Assembly (NCBI RefSeq): GCF_006345805.1
Contig: NW_021832035.1
Span: 124,001 to 188,000, forward strand
Reading direction: 5' to 3'
Source of the DNA: Octopus sinensis
Lineage: Eukaryota
DNA length: 64,000 nt
Shown here: piece by piece, positions 37,718 through 52,022 of the stretch
Layout: each line of letters begins with the position of its first letter
Numbering within the stretch: the first letter of the stretch is position 1
Translations under genes and position numbers: made by a program
The notes under the pieces: model-generated
What the model saw: the letters and a program-made list of their open reading frames with translations, nothing else
Database searches by the model: none
What the model was told of the DNA's origin: nothing

Positions 37718-38112
37718 AGCACAGGAGTGGCTGTGTGGTAAGTAGCTTGCTTACCAACCACATGGTTCTGGGTTCACTCCCACTGCGTGGCACCATGGGC
37801 AAGTGTCTTCTACTATAGCCTCAGGCCGACCAAAGCCTTGTGAGTGGATTTGGTAGACAGAAACTGAAAGAAGCCCGTCGTTTATATGTGTATATATATA
37901 TGTATGTGTGTATGTGTCTGTGTTTGTCCCCCCCAATATTACTTGACAACCGATGCTGGTGTGTTTACGTCCCCATAACTTAGTGGTTCAGCAAAAGAGA
38001 CTGATAGAATAAGTACTAGGCTTACAAAGAATGAGTCCTGGGGTCGATTTGCTCAACTAAAGGTGGTGTTCTAGCATGGTCACAGTCAAATGACTGAAAC
38101 GAGTAAAAGAGT
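37718..38112 (+). mobile_element. SINE family C, full length
   Basis: Matches 55990-56421 and the reverse complement of 8925-9336. Confidence 0.9.
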
Positions 38113-38135
38113 ATGTATGTATATATGTCCAGTGC

Positions 38136-38168
<33 letters not shown>

Positions 38169-39689
38169 ATGTGCATGTGTAAGCAGTCCTATGTACCCCT
38201 ATGTTTACATATTCCATGTCTGTCACCATTCTTGAGTGAAGCAGCTTATTGATGCTGGCATTCTTTGTTGTCTGTATGATCAGTCACTCTGATTCTCTGA
38301 TATTCTATTTTTCAAGACCTTTGTAATAATTCTTTCTAGTATAGGCAGAAGGCCCGAAATTTTGGGGGAGGGGCTAGTTGATTATATCGACCCCAGTGAA
38401 TAACTGGTACTTATTTCATTTACCATGAAAGGATGAAAGCAGTCAACTTCAATGGAATTTGAATACAGAATGTAAGGAATGCTTAGCGGCATTTTGTGTG
38501 GTGTGCTAAGCGGCATTTTGTAATAATGGTAATATCCGCCTTTGTAATAATGGTGTCCCTTACTTGGAAAAATATAAGTGTTGGTGATAGGAAGAGCATC
38601 CAGCTTCACAATCCTGCATCAAATAACTTCCTATCCAAACTCCTACTTGTAGGGGAAAAAGAAAAAAACAAAGAAAACGGATATAATTATATTTAGTAAT
38701 AAAGTTAAGTTCATTAAGCTGGGTTTCTTCTTGAAACATTATAATTTAATTACTTGGTAAAATTTAAGCAGGAAAATAAGCAAAACAAAATATCCTGTTT
38801 GATATATATCCTGCGACTAGTTCATATTTGAAATGGAATTTCTTGGGAAATGTACAATTATCATAACTCATAAATGAAATTTATTAAGACTAAATGCCAC
38901 AAACGTTGTTTCATTGTCACTATCATCCATATTCATGACCTGTGATAATGATAGGTATTGTCAAACTTAATGATACAAGACACACAGTATGTGCAGTTAT
39001 TCTGGTATACATGTTTCCATCACAAGTAATCCTGGGGAAATATACTTCAAGTTACTGCTGCTGGTATCTGACAGATTGTAATAATATCTTCTTTGTAATT
39101 ATCATTTGCATTCATTGCGGAAGCCAATTAAGTTGGTATGAAATTTAAACATATTCCTATTTGTAATTCTTCGTGCTATCGTCATCATTGTCATATATAT
39201 TTTCTCATCATGTATAAATGGTATCTCAGTACATAAATGTCTATTAGTGTAAGCTTTGTTAAATGTTATGTTGTAGAATGGAAACTGAATGAAGTTCGAA
39301 TTTTTTTTTTTTTTCAGTTTGAAAGAAAACAAAAAATTACTGTCCAAAAATCGTAAAATAGAAATCATCCTTTTACATTTGCATTAAACACACACACACA
39401 TGTGCACACATATATATACATGCACACACACACACATATACACACATACATGCACAGACACACACATGCACACACATACACAATATATATATATGAATTA
39501 TATTTATATTATTTGTTATTTATATATTGGTTTATGTCTATCACTGTTTGAGTTGCCTAATAGTGGTTTTATCTCTAATTCATATTATATATATTTATAC
39601 TGTGAAATTTGATTTAACCCTAAATCTAATTTTTCCCTGTAAGTTTGGAGCCATACCCCCTAATATTATATATATATATATATATGTAG

Positions 39690-39974
39690 TTTGTTCCTTC
39701 TTGAGCCACGCCTGGCTCATAAAGACCAGTTTCCTGGTTTCCTTGGCGTATAGGTTCCCCACCTGGATGAGACGCTGGTCCGTCAGAGGTGAGCTACAAG
39801 ATGCAGGAGGAAAGAATGAGAGAAAGTTGTGGCGAAAGAGTCAGCAGAAGTTCGCCAGAGCCGCGTGGAACTTAGGTGTTTCACTCATAAACACACACAT
39901 TGCCTTGTCTGAGATTCAAACCCGCGATCCCTCGACCACAAGTCCGCTGCTCTAACCACTAGGCCATGTGCCTC

Positions 39975-39977
<3 letters not shown>
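39690..39977 (-). mobile_element. tRNA(Arg)-like-headed SINE, family D
   Basis: Reverse complement of 53821-54075; head GGAGGCACATGGCCTAGTGGTTAGAGCAGCGGACT with A/B boxes. Confidence 0.85.
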
Positions 39978-40020
<43 letters not shown>

Positions 40021-40839
40021 ATGTGTGTGTATAAAATGATATAATTGTAAATCAGACAATAATAAAGATAATTGCCTTGTGGTGGTCATTGAAGATTTGT
40101 AGATACTAAAAGTGTACATGCTCTCTCTTATTCACTTTTATTTCAATATTTTTTATTACCAAAGTAATTTTGTTTTTTCTGATCATTTGTCTATGATTCA
40201 GTTACTGCGAAAATGATAATATATATCATGTCAACAAGTGTTAGCAAAGTTGGAAGTGAATGTAACAGTCTGTGTGTGTGTTTTTTTATGAATTCTCTAA
40301 TTCTCTCACAATCTGTTTTAATTCCTTCATATGATATCTCACATCCGATCATTTGCAAAATGTGCAATTCAGGAACAATCAAAATTCATTTAATTTTGGA
40401 ATGGGGACCTTCTCTATAGTTAATTAAAGTTAAATCCGTGAGAAAGGCCACCGTAAAAATGACACTGGTCACATGAAGGTCCATTAAAGAAAATTACTTT
40501 ACATTTCTTTAGCCCTTCATACTATGAACAGTTCAGTGACTGGAAATATGTCATTGCAGATTGCAAACTGTTTGTAGGGACGGTGGTCTTGGTGTTACAC
40601 GTCAAGCAAACAACATCTAGAAAAGAAAACACAAATACGCTAACAATACCTACACACTCATACATGCATGTATATGTGCTCTCCCCATGTCTCTTTTTCC
40701 TTTCTTTTCTTCTGATGAAGGGCTAACATCCTGAATGTTAAGTTTCTCTTTCTCCATTAACCATTAGCATTCAGATTACTCTGCTTATTTCCTAACAATG
40801 AAAAAAACTTGTGTAGTTCAGTGGTCCATATATATACTT

Positions 40840-41342
40840 TGAACCAGCCAGGATCCCTGGTCTGGTGGTACGTAAAAAGCACTATCCGACTCGTGGCCGT
40901 GGCACGTAAAATACTCAATGCGACCGTACGACAGGCACCCTTGCCAACCCCCTTTGCTTGTGAAGACATGTTGGGGCAGCGAAATCGAAATCGAATTGAA
41001 CCAGCCAGGATCCCTGGTCTGGTGGTACGTAAAAAGCACTATCCGACTCGTGGCCGATGCCAGCACCGCCTCGACTGGCTTCCGTGCCGGTGGCACATAA
41101 AATACACCAATCTGACCGTGGCCGTTGCCAGCCCCGCCTGGCACCTGTGCAGGTGGCACGTAAAAAGCACCCACTACACTCACGGAGTGGTTGGCGTTAG
41201 GAAGGGCATCCAGCTGTAGAAACATTGCCAAATTAGACTGGAGCCTGGTGCAGCCTTCTGGCTTCCCAGAACCCCGGTCGAACCGTCCAACCCATGCTAG
41301 CATGGAGAACGGACGTTAAACGACGATGATGATGATGATGAT
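40840..41342 (+). mobile_element. SINE-like family A, multi-module
   Basis: Duplicated TTGAACCAGCCAGGATCCCTGG module and the common 3' end. Confidence 0.9.
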
Positions 41343-41759
41343 TTAAAATTTAAGTAGGCAAGACAAAATTACCTGTAAAAATGGCCATCTGTTATTATGA
41401 CCAACTAGGGTTTATATCAAGTAACTAAGTGCTACTAACTAACAAGAAAGAATTTAATTTTATTTTTCTTGAAAACAATTATCTGAAAGGTTGTAGCTGT
41501 GCACTTCTCTCTCCCTGGTTTCATTAAAATCAGTGTTGTTTAATGATTTCTGTGTTATACGAGATATGTAATTAGTATGAAATGTGTAATAAATTAATAG
41601 TATTTAATTACTACCTGCTTAGATATTCTATTGTTAAAATTACTCAAGGTATTTTTATAGGCATATATGCAGAATAAAATTGTAGCATAAGAAGCATGCA
41701 CAAAGAGAGAGAGACTGACAGACAGAGAGAGAGAAAGAGGGAGAGAGGTTGGATACTAA

Positions 41760-41979
41760 CCCTTTAACATTCAAACTGGTCAAATCTAGCCCAAATATTC
41801 TACCTGTTTTATGTTCAAACTGGCCATATCCAGCCTCTCACACCTACCCTACAATGTCATTCTAAAAACAAACAATCACATCATTGAAATCTCAAAGCTG
41901 CAAGATAATACATGATTCATTCAAAATGATGTAAATGAACTAATATTACGTTTGATTGAGTAATCTGAATGGTAAAAGG
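41760..41979. mobile_element. piggyBac-like MITE (relatives at about 22760-22970 and 51658-52172)
   Basis: (C/T)TAA|CCCTTTAACATTCA ... TGAATGGTAAAAGG|TTAA. Confidence 0.7.
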
Positions 41980-42017
41980 TTAAAGGTATTATTTGATCTT
42001 TTATTATTCGATATTTT

Positions 42018-42550
42018 AAGGCGGTGAGCTGGCAGAGATGTTAGCGCACCAGGCGAAATGCTTAGCAGCATTTCGTCTGTCGTTACGTTCTGAGTTCAAA
42101 TTCTGCCGAGGTCGACTTTGCCTTTCATCCTTTCGGGGTCGATAGATTAAGTACCAGTTACACACTGGGGTCTATATAATCGACTTAATCCGTCTGTCTG
42201 TCCTTGTTTGTCCCCACTATGATTTAGCTTCTTGTGGGTAGTAAAAAAATAGGTATTATTCGATCTGAAGTAGAGATGATTGAGCTGGTATGGGCATGCG
42301 GCACAAATGGATGCATGGATAAAAGTGCCATGCATGGATGCCAGTCCATCGCAGCATTATTCAAGAAACAGGAAGAAAGAGTGAGAGAAAGTTGGGGCGA
42401 AAGAGTACAACAGGGGTCGCCACCACACCCTGCCAGAGTCTCGTGGAGCTTTAGGTGTTTTCGCTCAATAAACACACACAGCGTCCGGTCTGGGAATCAA
42501 AACTACGATCCTCCAACCATGAGTCTGCTGCCCTAACCACTGGGCCATTG
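42018..42550. mobile_element. SINE family B (+, 42018-42252) and family D (-, about 42365-42550)
   Basis: Similarity to other copies in the window. Confidence 0.85.
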
Positions 42551-42889
42551 CTCTTGCAAAAAAAAAGAAAAAAAACTATACCTAGTTTTCATTGCTATCA
42601 TAAAACTACAAAGCATAAGTACTCTGTCAAAGGCCTTCTCTAGATAAACAAGTGTTATGTAGAATGATTTACTCTAAGTTAAGAACTTCTCTTGTAGTCA
42701 TCTCACAGGAGGGCAGGCACTGGTGTTATGCTGATGCCCTCTTCCTAGAGGATTTGGCACAAATCTGAACTGCATCTCAAATAGTTTCCTGATCAGTTAA
42801 TCCATCAGTTTCGATCCTATGTAGTTGTTTCATTCTTGAATATCTTCCTTATCTTTCTTGTAATCCATAATGGCATCTATTTTTTTTTT

Positions 42890-43670
42890 CTACTTGTTTC
42901 AGTCATTGGACTGCAGCCATTCTGCAACACTGTTTTGTAGGATTTAGTCAAAACAAATCCACTCCAGGACTTATGTTTTTTTTTGTGCTCAGTGCTTATT
43001 TGTTGGTCTGGTCCTATTTACTGAAATCACTAAGTTATAGACATGAATATGCTAACAATGATTGCCCCACAGAGTGGGGCTCACACACAGGTGCAATGGA
43101 TTTGAACACAGTTTCCATCTCCTGTATTCACTCACAAGTCATTGGTTGGCTTGGGGCTGTAGAAGACACCACTTGTCCAGGGTGCCATGCAGTGGGATTG
43201 AACCTAATACCATATGGTTGCAAGAGCAAGCTTCTTAACCACACAGCCATGCTGGCACCTAGCTTAAAATTTCTTCTGAAACAATTTACTGTGATTCGTT
43301 TACTGTTGCTTATTATTCTTTTATCTTTTATTTGTTTCAATCATTAGACTGTGGCCATGCTGGGGCACTGCCTTGAAGAATTTTTAGTCAAATGAACGAA
43401 CCCCAGTACTTAATTTCGTTAAGGCTGGTACTTATTTTATCGGTATCTTTTGCCTAACCACTAAGTTACGAAGATGTAAACACCTACACCAGTTGTGGTG
43501 GGACACAACCATGTACACATGCACACACATGTACAAAGGGCTTCTTTCAGTTTCTGTCTACCAAATCCACACACAAGGCTTTGGTCATGCCCAACGTGCC
43601 ATTCAGTGGGACTGAACCCGAAACCATGTGGTTGGGAAGCAAACTTCTTGATGCACAGCTATGCCTGCAC
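42890..43670 (-). mobile_element. Two degenerate family C SINEs
   Basis: Family C tail and head motifs in reverse orientation at about 42890-43255 and 43315-43670. Confidence 0.7.
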
Positions 43671-44854
43671 CTATTTAAGGCACTTTTTACACCATCATTG
43701 CTAGAACTTTGGATGCATTCTATGGAAATGCATTCTGTTCTAATTATTCAGGTTGGGTCTCTGGTCTGAGGATAATTTCAGACCACCAGTTGTGTATACG
43801 TGTGTGTGTATGTGTGTAGGGGTGCGTGCTAAAGCGTTAAAGGTAATGGGTGCTTTCCTTCCTGATCCGAGTCATTCAAAGAAAAATAGCAAAGAAACTA
43901 ATGTGCTGTGACCATGCTGGGTTGGTTACAAATTTCGAAAAAAAAAAAAGTCTTTAAATGATTTATTGTATACAGGTCTTTTAACCCAGTTATTCTTTGT
44001 TAGCTTGAAATATCCTCGTTAACTTAAAAGAGAATTCTGTTTTTGTTTTTTGTTGTTTTTTTTTTTTGTTCCAAGTGCTGCCTTTCATTAGAATTCTTTA
44101 TAGACTCTGTCAAATGAAGGTTGCCTGAAGTTTATTTCTAAGAATTTGTTAGTTAAAACCTTTAATTGTAAGCACTGGACATTGTTTTGTGTGCAGAGTT
44201 GTATAATTTCTCAAATGAAACAAACAAATTAATGAGTTTGATTTCTAATTAGCCAAGATCATTACATTTGAACGTTTGTTACATGTTGCTCTAATCAACA
44301 TATTATTCTCTTCCATTAATCAGTCCTCAATATTATAATCAATTATTATGTAAAAGAATTTTATTTTGGAATCATTTTTGGGGGTATAGTGTTGTTATTT
44401 AACCATAGGTCAAGTTATAACTTGACACTGATCAAGACCACTTCACACAATTCCAATCCATCATGTTTCCAGACAATCTACTCAGGACTCCATTATCTAT
44501 TGTGTTCTTCTTTTGAAATATAGCATGGTTTGAGGCAATTTTGGTTACTATTTTTAGTAGGGTCAGTGAACACAAAGAAAGAGAGAGACTCTCTTGTTGG
44601 ATTGTTTTGTAGGTATATATTTTACAAAGAAAAATAACAGGTAAACCAATGCACTGTGACAATTTACATTACTGACATTTATTAAAACTGAAAGATAATA
44701 TTGAGTTTAACAACAACAAACATTTTAAGCTCATTTTCCCTGCTAAGTAAATCCTGTAGGCCCCATGATAGTCTCATTTCATCTAACATCATCCCTTCTT
44801 TTCTCCCTCATCATCTTTAGTCACGTCTGTCTTAGTCTTTCTCGTTTACTTACC

Positions 44855-45346
44855 ATACGAGTGTGATCATTGACAGAGTGGCTAACCGGCTTCCGTGCCA
44901 GTGGCACTTAAAAGGCACCATTCAAGTGTGATTGTTACCAGCGTCACCTTACTAGCACTCGAGCCCCGTGCTAGTAGGGTATTAAGAGCACCATCTGAGC
45001 GTGATCGTTGCCAGAGCGGCTATCTGGCCTCCGTGTCGGTGGCATGTAAAAGACACCATTCGAGGATGATCGTTACCAGCGTCGCCTTACTGGGACCTGT
45101 GTCTATGGCATGTGTAAAAGATTCGAGCGAGGTCATTGCCAGAACTGCCTGACTGGTCCCGTGCTGGTGGCACATAAAAGCACCCACTACACTCTCGGAG
45201 TGGTTGGCATTAGGAAGAGAATCCAGCTGTAGAAACTCTGCCAGATCAAGATTGAAGCCTGGTGCAGCCATCTGGTTCACCAGCCTACAGTGAAACCGTC
45301 CAACCCATGCTAGCATGGAAAGCGGACGTTAAACGATGATGATGAT
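44855..45346 (+). mobile_element. SINE-like family A, multi-module
   Basis: Same modules as 14055-14608. Confidence 0.9.
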
Positions 45347-45944
45347 TCATTGCTCTGTCTTCTCTCATCCAGCCATCTTCATCCTTCTTCCATATAATAC
45401 TCAGCCATTTCATTCCGTTTCTCTTAACAACATCAACATTTACCATTTTCCATGCTGGCATCATGGGTTTGGCACTATTTCCATCATTCACTACAATTCT
45501 CCGTCTTCTCAGTAACACTCTGCTCAGTAACACTCTGACCTTTCTCATTTCCATTCTTTCCAACCTCATCTGACACTCCACACTCATCTTTCTTGTCTCA
45601 CTCCTATCTATCACCTCACTTCTCCCCCTGTTTCAGTGACACTCCTCTTCTCATTAGTACACCACTCAAATTCCCAGAACTTCTTCCATGAGCGTCCACT
45701 GCAGCTACTGTTAACTGAGTTTGATCCACCTTCTCCTTTCAACCCAATCACCTACCTGTCAAAATCGTTTCACACCTTCCCTCATCATGCCATTCCCAAG
45801 ATCCAATTCAACAGGCCCTCAACCAGCAGCTCCTTCCATACAAACTCTTACACTACCTACTTTTGTAACTGCCACACCTGTTAATAATCTTCTCTCACAC
45901 CTACATTTATACAAACTCTCCCAACACATATTGAACATTTAACG

Positions 45945-46187
45945 CTGTGATTCTCAACCATTTTTCTGCCTATGGACCCCTTTGGTGACCCCATTCTCCT
46001 CAACTGGACTTTTATAACCAAACATTCTTATTAAATTTCTATAATTAAATGTTATTAGGAATTGTACAAAAAATTAAAACATTTTGTGTATTGTAGAATT
46101 ATGACCAGTTTATTGTACATAAATTTTAACAACAGAATCTTACATGGACCCCCAAGGATCACATGAACTCTGGTTTGAGAATCACGG
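45945..46187. mobile_element. hAT (Charlie-like) MITE
   Basis: TIRs CTGTGATTCTCAACC / GGTTTGAGAATCACGG; 8-bp TSD ATTTAACG/ATTTAATG. Confidence 0.8.
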
Positions 46188-46478
46188 ATTTAATGGAATT
46201 TACTCCAACACTCTTACTGCACACTGCAATTCCTTTGTTCTTTCTGTCTTATTGCATGTTTTACTGATGGTGCATGGCCTAATGGTTAGTGTTGCATTTG
46301 CAATTGTAAGATTGCAGTTTTGATTTCCAAATCAGGCAGCTGTGTTCTTGAGCAAGACTCTTTATTTTCATGCAGTTCTAGTTTACTCAACTATCAGTAA
46401 GTTGCATGGTTTAATGGTTAGGGTGTTTGACTTGTGATTGTGGTTTTGATTCCTGGACAAGGTGATGTGTTGTGTTCT

Positions 46479-46768
46479 TGTAGTGTGGTGGAAGAAAAGG
46501 ACAACAGAAAAAGAAGCAAACAGGAGAAAGAAATACAAAAGGCCTTACCTGTTGACCTCGGCGGAATCAGCGGTCACTCTCATGAATTAAACACATCTTG
46601 CCTCTCTGCGGTCTCAGCTCAAACTGCCCACAAGTGCTTCCTGACCACGTATGCCCCTTTCACTCTTCCGCCGGCCCCTGCAAGCCTTATTTCTGTCCAC
46701 CTCATCTGCAGTCCCCTCCACCAACACCACATAGCTCCATCACAGCCCATAACACTACTAACACCACA
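46479..46768. mobile_element. Solo LTR (290 bp) inserted into a family E SINE
   Basis: TGTAGTGT...ACACCACA termini; 5-bp TSD GTTCT; removing it restores the SINE motif GTGTTCTTGAGCAAAACAC. Confidence 0.85.
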
Positions 46769-47827
46769 GTTCTTGAGCAAAACACTTCATTTTATGTTGT
46801 TCCAGTCCACTCGGCTGGTAAAAATGAGTAATGCTGTGACAGACCAGTATCCCATCAGGGGAGGAATATATGTGCAAGAGAAACTGGGAAGCTCACCCTA
46901 TGCTCTCTATGGAATAATGTGGACTAACCAATAGCAGGGGGAGTTAAATCTGTGACAGGCTGGCATCCCATTCAGAGTGGAGTAATGCTGTGATCTCATT
47001 CATTTCCTCACCATGAAACCGGCTTCAGCTCCATCCTTATGACTCCTAGGGTTCATCACTGACCTACATTCCTTACCATCATCATCTTTGTCTTTCTTTC
47101 ATACCCCTTCATACCCTTTTTTTTGTTTCTATAAATTTATCTACTTTTGTCCATTCATTCACAATTTCTAACATCATATCACCTTCTTGCATCAACTTTC
47201 GTGATAACATTTTTTTTTGCTTCAACCAGCATCTCCATCACCACAACTACAAAAGGTGGTGGGTTTCATATTGATGATTCCTAATGCATCTCAACCTTCA
47301 TCTCTGCATCAATTGTACGAATCTAATTTAATTACTCTTGATCATATATACGCATCTGTAATGAGATTTGTTCATGCGACTTACAAATATTCACTCTGTT
47401 TTGTATTATAATTACTATAGCAAACGGTGGATGATTATATTATCTAATATAATTTATCTTTTCTTACTTCAAATTTTGCTAGAGATGATTTTTGCCGTTC
47501 GTTTATTTTTTTTTTTTTCAGAGTTGATAGAATAAGTAACAGTAATATATTTGACTTATTGCAATTAAATATGTTTTTTACCTTTTTAAAAAAAAAAAAA
47601 AAGAGGAAAGGAAACTAGCATTTCGAAATGAAACCTTATAAAAGTTGATTTTTTTTTTTTTTTTTTTATCCTTTCATCCTAGTTGGAATAATTCAGCCAA
47701 ATGTAACAATAAAGTATTTGAGACGATATGATCGAATTGATTCTACCTCACTCCCTACTGAAATGTATATATGACCGTATGTCAATGACAGAAACTTTTT
47801 GAATGATATTCATAACTTATTTTATTT

Positions 47828-48072
47828 CGTTTTTGGATTTGGTTTGCAAGATTCTTTGTATGAGTTCGTGTGTTGAAGCATATTCTGTTGTGTCTGGGGA
47901 GAGTCATTTTCTTTTTGTGCCTTATTATTTAACACACTCACCGGTAAAATTTCCACTTTTTTCTTATTTTTAGGACAATAAAAATTAAAATAAGAAAAAA
48001 GTGGAAATTTTACTGGTGAGTGTGTTAAATAATAAGGCACCAAAAGAAAATGACTCTCCCCAGACACAATAG
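47828..48072. mobile_element. Penelope-like fold-back insert, same family as 9893-10283
   Basis: 17-bp TSD CATAACTTATTTTATTT (47811-47827 / 48073-48089); ~83-bp inverted arms. Confidence 0.75.
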
Positions 48073-49049
48073 CATAACTTATTTTATTTGATATTTTATT
48101 TATTGCAATACCTTACTCAATGGCAAGATATCCAAAGAATTTTTTGAAACCTCTTGTGTTCAATATACTAACATAATGTTTTCAAATGTGCTGATTTATG
48201 CCATGAAATTTCCACTGGTCTTGCTAGTTATTATAATTAGAATAAAGTTAAGCTTCTTATGAACCAAATCCATGATGGGGGGATTTGATTTTCAGTTGAA
48301 GACGATGCTTCACATTGGGGAAACGTATAAACTACCAATATCTCAGCTCTCTTCCTGCTAAGCCTTGTATGTCTAGCTAAGACTTCCAGCTGAAGAAATC
48401 ACTTATGCTGGGTTAAGATATACATATATATATATATATATATAAAGAATAAAGAAAAATAAACAAACATTTTCCTTCTTACTAAATCTGACATGTCTAA
48501 GACTTCTAGTCGAAGACTTCATTGGAGAAATTCTTAAAAGACCAATATCTCATTTCTCGTCATGCTAAACCTCATATGTCTGCCTAAGAAATCATTATCA
48601 TCTATCATGATTCCAATAATCTTTTGCATGTTTCTTTCTTCCGTATCTGTCATTATATTTCCTTGTCTTGCAGTCTTACACTTATATCCCCTTTTAGTCT
48701 TCCACCAGAAATTCTAAAAGCTTAGCCAAACAATTTGAAATGTTTTATCTGCTTACCATTATTTTGACAATGGAATATTAATATAACATCTAATTTTTCT
48801 GTGGTACGAGAAAATGATGACTGGATATAGATGAGTTTTCTATACATCAGATTTATATATATATATATATATAAGCATGCTTCGTTTATTTCCTTCCTTC
48901 ACTATGAATGAATGATTTCAATTTATGTCACACTGCTCTTTTAAAGTACCAGATATAAATTTAATCTTCACTAAAACAAATAGACATATTCACATTTTCC
49001 CTTTCATATAATTATTTTTCTGATCCGTGTCTACAATATTTGCATATTT

Positions 49050-49800
49050 TCTTTCTCTCTCCCTCTTTGCGTCTTTCTTTGTCTGTCTGTCTCTGTCTAC
49101 CTGTCTTTATCTTTCTCTCTCTCTCTTTCTCTCTGTCTCTCTTTCAGTCCTTCTTTCATTCTACCTTCCTTCCTGTCTTTCTTTTAATCCCCTTCTCTTT
49201 CTTCCTCTTTTTGCTTTCTATCTTTCTTCCTTTCCCTTTTTACTTTCTTACTCTGTTTTCCCCTTCCTTCCTTCTCCTCCTCCCTCCCTTCCTTCTCCTC
49301 CCTTCCATCTTCCCTTCCTTCTTCCCTCCCTCCCTTCCTTCCTTCTTTCCTTCCTTCTCCTCCCTTCCTTCTTCCCTCCCTTCCTTCTTCCTTCCCTTCC
49401 TTTCTTCTTTCCTTCCTTCCTTCCTTCCTTCTCCTCCCTTCCTTCTTCCCTCCCTTCTTTTCTTCTTTCCTTCCTTCCTTCCTTCCTCCATCCCTCCCTT
49501 CCTTCTCCTTCCTTCCTTCTTCCCTCCCTTCCTTTCTTCTTTCCTTCCTTCCTTCCTTCCTCCATCCCGCCCTCCCTCCCTCCCTCCCTCCCCCATCCCG
49601 CCCTCCCTCCCTCCCTCCCTCCCTCCCCCATCCCGCCCTCCCTCCCTCCCTTCCTGCCTTCCTGCCTTCCTCCCTCCCTGCCTTCCTTCCTTCCTCCCTC
49701 CCTCCCTTCCTTCCTGCCTTCCTTCCTTCCTGCCTTCCTTCCTTCCTCCCTGCCTTCCTTCCTCCCTGCCTTCCTTCCTCCCTGCCTTCCTTCCTCCCTG

Positions 49801-49832
<32 letters not shown>

Positions 49833-49860
49833 CCTTCCAAACCTCCCTCCCTCCCTATCC
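49050..49860. repeat. ~800-bp polypyrimidine (CCTT/CCCT/CCTG)n tract
   Basis: Direct inspection; explains the four long low-complexity ORFs. Confidence 0.95.
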
Positions 49861-50377
49861 TTTCGCTCATATTCATTTGTATTCTTTCACCTAAGCACTC
49901 CATCTATCTTCTTATGCTTTGCTCTCCAACATGCAACATTTACACTTAAATATATTTCTATGTCTCATATTCACATTGAATACATACATCACATTTATTC
50001 CTCTATAACCTCTGTCATTTAATTTATATCCATATATGATGATGATGACGAAACAATATAGAAAATATAACAAATCTTTATCCTATAATGACACTTTTAA
50101 TGTGTGTATGTGTGTATATATGTATGGATATATATATATGGAGTTGAAAATATTTAATATTTTATTTTTAAAATTGTTTTACTTATTGTAATTTTTGCTT
50201 CTAATCATATTTATCTAGATTCTAAGATCTCCGTATTCAAACACTCTGCTTAATTTCTGGCATCAATTTTCTTCCCCAGTTGGAAGTTCTGACAGTTTTG
50301 AACCTATTTTTATAAAATATATTACACATAATTTAAGGTTAATTTGTTTAAAAAGCTCTCCTGTAAGATTTAAAAAC

Positions 50378-50820
<443 letters not shown>

Positions 50821-51689
50821 AATGTAATCTGACAGATTTGAACAAATTTTTATGTTAAATATTTAAGATAAATCTATTTGAAAAGTTCTTTTGCAAAGCT
50901 TAAAGTCTATATATAAATATATATAAAGTGAAAATGAAAATACATTTGTTTTACATAATTCGTATTCTTATATGATATGAATTATTATTTATATTATTCC
51001 AACAGAATTATTATGATTGTCATGAATGACAGAACCAAATGTTTATAAGACATTATGATAACTAATAAGTTATGTGTTAAGACAACACCTTTAATTAATT
51101 AGGAGTATGTGCCTAACAAGATGTGGGTGTTGGGTGGATAACGTCATTGAATACTACTTAATCCACTCAAACAATGATAAGGGAGACCATTCAAAATAAG
51201 CTTTTCCATTCTTGAATGGGTTTGCTGTACCAGAAACCCAATTAAGTAACCTTGGATGAGAGAAAGAATAGTCTGGTGTTTGGTAGATGCAGCAATATCA
51301 GTCGTGTTTCAGTGTTATTAGTCCTCATCAGGAAAGCAAAGTAACATAGTAGTTTATTTCAGTTTTTACTTCACATGTTGTTTGGCCTAATCACTTTCTG
51401 TCGCATTTATTACACAGTGTCTTCTTTATCATTTTTACTTTATAAAATTCTTTGTTTTGGGCTTATCTCAAATAGACAAAAGTATTAAACTTTAGTTAAG
51501 GTTGAACATGTCCTTGGATAAAATTCTTTTCTTTTTTATCAAAGTAGGTTTACATTTACTGCTCTACAGCTTTATACTTCAACTTGTCAACGAAGAGGTT
51601 AGCACCAAAGGTTCTTTCCTTAGTACCCAATCTACTACATTAATTCTTCAACTCTAACCCTTTAGCATTCAGATTGCTTAGGCAGATAC

Positions 51690-52022
51690 TCTTGCTGGTA
51701 GCACATAAAAAGCACCATCCAAACATGGCTGATGCCAGCGCCACCTTGACTGGCGTCCATGCCAGTGACATGTAAAAAGCACCAGCTGATCGTGGCCGTT
51801 TGCCAACCTACTCTGGCCCCTGTGCCAGTGGCATGTAAAAAGCACCCACTATACTCACGGAGTGGTTGGTGTTAGGAAGGGCATCCAGCTGTAGAAACAC
51901 TGCCAGATCAGACGGGAGTCTGGTGCAGCCTCCTGGCTTCCCAGACCCCTGTCAAACCGTCCAACCCATGCTAGTACGGAAGACAGGCGTTAAACGACAA
52001 TGACGATGATGATGATGATGAT
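51690..52022 (+). mobile_element. SINE-like family A nested in a piggyBac-like MITE
   Basis: Family A 3' end; MITE termini at 51658 and about 52172. Confidence 0.8.

Noticed and set aside
48296-48330. TTGAAGA...GAAACGTA hammerhead-like string
   Set aside because: No stem I, two extra bases before GAAA, and no TSD or fold-back context.
49027-50022. 331-aa and overlapping long ORFs
   Set aside because: Stop-free only because the tract is polypyrimidine.
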